A stretch of DNA of 63,609 nucleotides, the filler included, from Cladosporium halotolerans (Eukaryota), in NCBI RefSeq assembly GCF_011745625.1. It is 42 parts of 42 records of this genome, joined end to end, with 100 filler letters (N's around TTAATTAATTAA, not from the genome) between each part and the next. Parts side by side here need not be neighbours in the genome. Positions count along the whole stretch, not along the records: positions 59,844 to 61,039 come from NW_027191856.1; positions 61,140 to 62,324 come from NW_027191857.1; positions 62,425 to 63,609 come from NW_027191858.1; 39 more parts are not named here. One strand, 5' to 3'. The position numbers were made by a program, and so were the translations under genes. Below the pieces are notes generated by a model. That model ran no database searches and was not told the origin of the DNA. It saw nothing but the letters and a program-made list of their open reading frames with translations. Positions 59,844 to 63,609 of this stretch are shown one piece after another (positions within the stretch are counted from its first letter, which is position 1; each line of letters opens with the position of its first letter).

Positions 59844-61039
59844 GAAGTCCTGAAGCATAGCAAAATGTAAAGCGTCGCCAGCAGCGGTGCGCTTGTACAA
59901 TGAAAAGGTCTCACCACTGTAGTAGACCTTGTGCTTGGTACGCAACAATTGCTCGGAGATGATCTTCACCGAGAGCTGCGGCACATAAAGCACATCAGTA
60001 AATGTGACGGGCGTGATGCCGCCGTCACTCCCAACGAGGGGCAAAGTGGCCTTGCCGACAGCAAAGCCTTTCAGTGGTCGATTGTCCCCAGCGACGACAC
60101 CAGAGTCAACAGCCGTGTACTCGTCGAAGTCATTTAGATCGTTGGTGATGTGATAGACCGCTCCAGAATCGAAGCACCAGCTATCTTTTGCTGATTGGCT
60201 TCGAGAAGCAAAATGTGTAGGCGTATACGGTATCTCGCGCATCGCCAGAGTCATGCCGCGATTGGCAGTGACGGCGCCCACAGCGCCGGTTTTCTCCCTG
60301 CTCTTGACATGCTTCTTGGGACCTTTACCCTCAGGAAAACCATGTTTCCGGTAACATTTGTCCTCGGTATGTCCAGTCATATGGCAGTGAGTGCACTTCA
60401 AAGCCGCCTTTCCGGTGTTGTTCCGGCCGTGGCTCTTCGAAGGCGGCGACTTGAACGTGACATTCACGTTCTTGTCTTGTCGTCTCATCTCGGCGTCCTG
60501 ATCCAAGAGGTCCTTGATCAGGCTATCGATGGAAGGTAGATGCTCGTCGGCGGGCGCAGTAGCAGAAAGCGTGACCTTTCGCAGGCTCTCACGCTTGATG
60601 TCCGCCCAGGTGGAGTAGAAGGGCGCTACGCGGTTGATCAAATCATACACGCGAAGCTCATGGCCAAGCGCCATGTTGAAGTTGTCCATCTGCCGCAGAG
60701 TCTTCTGGTACTTCTCGGTGAAGACCTGTAAATCCCTGCCAGCAAACTGAAGATCCTTCCACGCATTGTAGGCTTCTATGCGCTGCGCCGGCCCTGAACC
60801 CTCATAGCGTTTGAGGTATGTCCACATGGACTGGGCGTCCGTAAAGTCAACCAGATTCTCGCCGATCTCCGGAACGGTCGAGGTCATAATGACTCTTGCA
60901 GCGCGAGCATTCCTCGACTTCCAGTCGCGCACAGCAGTCTGGTGTTGTCTGTCGTTTGAAGTGACCGTCTCATCATCGCCTGAGACAGGTGTCTGCGGTA
61001 CAGATCCGTCAGGTCGAAGCTCGACGCCGTTAACGATGT
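59844..61039 (-). mobile_element. Ty1/copia LTR retrotransposon gag-protease fragment
   Basis: Zinc knuckle CTHCHMTGHTEDKC, protease WCFDSGAVYHI, and DVLYVPQLSVKIIS. Confidence 0.92.
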
Positions 61040-62481
61040 NNNNNNNNNNNNNNNNNNNNNNNNNNNNNNNNNNNNNNNNNNNNTTAATTAATTAANNNNN
61101 NNNNNNNNNNNNNNNNNNNNNNNNNNNNNNNNNNNNNNNCCTGGCAAATGATCAACGCGGCTTGCATTGACGCGCGTCTATCGGAAGGATTGCATGATCG
61201 ACGCGAGGACTGCGTGAGCCAATCTCCATTCTGAACCAGGTTTTTGTGGCCAGATGAAAAGGGTCAGTCCTTGCACATTCATTCTGAACAAGGCTCTAGA
61301 CATTTCCGGGAATCCAGCCATTGGCTTGACCTGGGCTACGGAGTGAGGGCAGCCGCTAGAAGTCTGGCCGTTGCATCCTTGCAACCTTCACGGACCAGTC
61401 TTGCGCAGACGCTTGGCTGCCGCGGGGCCGGCCTTCCATCGTGCGCGCACGGTCTCTCGTCGTTGGTGCCAATCTGCGGCAAATCCCATCGCGGGACGGA
61501 GTCCCCGGCGCTTACCATCCAGCGCAAGCAGCCGTTGAGAGTTTGTTGCGCTGGTTGCGCCAAACACCCTGCTAGAATCGCAGACCTGTCGGTTTTTTAC
61601 AGTGGTGGGTGGAGGAACGCTTCCGACCACGCGAGTCGAGTCGAGTCGATGTCGATGTCGGCCGACGTGAACGCCAAAACCTGGTCGGAGGCCCCTGCTT
61701 TGCCCGTTCCGTTAGCTTCCATACCATCCCTGCTTATCCAAGAGCGCAAGCGATCGACAGCGGCGCCGCGTTCCCTGTGGCCGTTCGACACCATGGAATC
61801 GCTCGAAAGATGGATATCATCGGCAGCACAATGCGCTTCGAAGGATTGAGCATCGCCGTCGGACTCCAGGTCTCTGGTGCTTGTCCTTGCGGTGTGAACA
61901 AGGGCCAGGCAGGTTGAGGGCTGCACCTTTGCTGCGATCAAGCTTCCGTAGCATGCTGAACAACACGGCACAGGATGGCAGGCTGGGGAAAGTTCGCTGG
62001 ACATTTTGACTTTAGGCCCAAAAGTGGGGCTTTGAACTTCCTCGTCTCGCCCTCCGACCGCACGAAACCCCGGCAGGTATAACTTGAGGGGCTGCGACCC
62101 GACTGCCTTCACGTGCCGCAAGGGTCCTCTGAGGTCCAACACCCGTCAGATGGTTGCACGCGGTGCTTCTTGAAAGCGCTCCGCCACGAAACTATGCGCT
62201 GCACTCGACCGTTCCGTGGGCAGCGTCCGCCCGTTTCGCATCTTCAGGGCAACTTCCGTGAAAAGCGAGTCACGCGCAGAAGAAGGCAACACCCCGAAGT
62301 GGCCAATGAGATCAATGTCTTCTCNNNNNNNNNNNNNNNNNNNNNNNNNNNNNNNNNNNNNNNNNNNNTTAATTAATTAANNNNNNNNNNNNNNNNNNNN
62401 NNNNNNNNNNNNNNNNNNNNNNNNGGCGGGCCTGAGTGTGAGCTTTCCAGACTGAAGACTTCAGCGAAGCCAGCCTTGACC

Positions 62482-63320
62482 ATGACACTTGGGTCTGTTC
62501 GACTCCTTTGCCTCCACGGCAGGAGAACCAACTCTGACATATTCGAAAGCCAACTGGGTACGACCGCCGGATCTCCGTCCACGGCACGCGTGAAGGTGAA
62601 GCTCACTTCGTCTTCACAGCTCCCCTCAAGTCACGCCTCCCGACCGAGGTGCGATTTGATTTCATCGATGCTCCAATCGAAGGCGCTCCGGCGCCCGGGA
62701 TCGAGGATTACTTCAAGCCGCCCTACTTCGTCTGGCACCGACAGTGGGCGCCCACTGAGGTTTCCAAAGCGCACGAATACGTCAAAGCAGCGATCGCCCA
62801 AAACGGACCTTACGACGGGGTCATCGGCTTTTCCGAAGGCGCCGCGCTTGCGGCAGCTCTCCTCCTCGAGGGTGCTGCTGGCAAAGGACCACTTGTTGAA
62901 CCGATGTTCGGGTTCGCCGTGTTCTTCAATGCCGTCAACGTCCTCTCGCCGTCGGAAGAGCTAGGAATAAGGATGCTTGAGAGCGACGTACGAGATTCGG
63001 TGAAGAGCTTCGAAGAGGGAAACATAGATCACGGATGTCCTGCCTTGGACTGTGTGTACGCGCTGTGTTCAGACGCCATACCGGCGCTAATCGCCGTGCC
63101 CACGCTGCACGTTGTCGGGCTGCATGATGTTTTCACAGCGCGTTCGCACGACTTGATCAAGCTGTGCAAACCGGAAAACGCGACTGTGGTCACCTCAAAA
63201 GTCGGACACGAGCTTCCGAAGGGTCGCGATTGGGACGTCGTCGCCCGGAGGGTGGACAACATGATCATTTCCAGGTCGTTCGCCAGGGGCCCGGCCTATT
63301 CCAATCTCATATTTAGCTAG
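62482..63320 (+). CDS. FSH1/LovG-like serine hydrolase, complete; intron 62558..62619
   Basis: Spliced RLLCLHGRRTNSDIFESQL|APLKSRLPTEVRFDFIDAP, nucleophile motif GPYDGVIGFSEGA, VPTLHVVGLHD and VGHELP (Ser-Asp-His triad). Confidence 0.9.
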
Positions 63321-63609
63321 GGCGACGTTACATGCGGTACCGGAACATTCGATCGTCCAACTTGCATGTGTAATTCTTGACCGCCATGAGTAGTGACTGG
63401 AGATGTAAGCAGAGGAGCGCTAGGCTCGTCAATATGAAGAGACGAATTGGATGCGCAGGATCGCAGGTACAATGCAACCTCGAACGCTGCAAAACAGTAC
63501 ATCCTTATACTAAAGTGCTTTCCATTGAGCGACCGGCTTCCCAAGCGGGCGGGCACTCCTGTTGAACCTCGTCACTGAAATGTCGTCTTCGACCGGCGCT
63601 TCACGCTCA

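Noticed and set aside
1673..62424. Regularly spaced TTAATTAATTAA palindrome as a CRISPR-like array, piggyBac TTAA target or recombination site
   Set aside because: It is always centred in exactly 44+44 N, so it is an assembly linker.
1..63609. A single intact gene cluster or Starship spanning the window
   Set aside because: Contig order reflects length sorting. No captain recombinase and no rRNA or tRNA genes were recognised.

Overview
This is not a contiguous locus. It is an artificial concatenation of 42 short unplaced contigs, 1,672 bp (first, possibly cut by the window edge) down to 1,185 bp and sorted by non-increasing length. They are joined by 41 identical 100-bp linkers (44 N + TTAATTAATTAA + 44 N). 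Adjacency between contigs therefore has no biological meaning, and ORFs that end in 'XXXLIN/XXXN' are linker artefacts. Short GT-AG introns, Zn2Cys6 factors, HET and DUF3723 domains and fungal transposon families point to a filamentous ascomycete (inference). The content is repeat-rich accessory DNA. Mobile elements: Tad1-like LINE gag/APE/RT/RNase H fragments, a Ty1/copia gag-protease, hAT, Fot1/pogo and Tc1/mariner transposases, and many ~98-bp transposon termini at contig ends that truncate genes. Genes: fragments of at least two highly reducing PKSs, an FSH1/LovG-like hydrolase, DUF3723, a P-loop/RING/patatin protein, a telomere-linked RecQ helicase, GT90, GH2, an APC permease, a PAQR/HlyIII gene and several diverged duplicate pairs. 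The strongest leads are (i) a probable single HR-PKS with a degenerate ER split over three contigs, (ii) Starship-type accessory genes, (iii) paired TIRs that define several transposon families, (iv) a 44-bp hairpin repeat next to a telomere-like CTAACCCTAA, and (v) an unassigned duplicated protein with an internal repeat. No complete novel system can be shown from this window, because physical linkage is lost.
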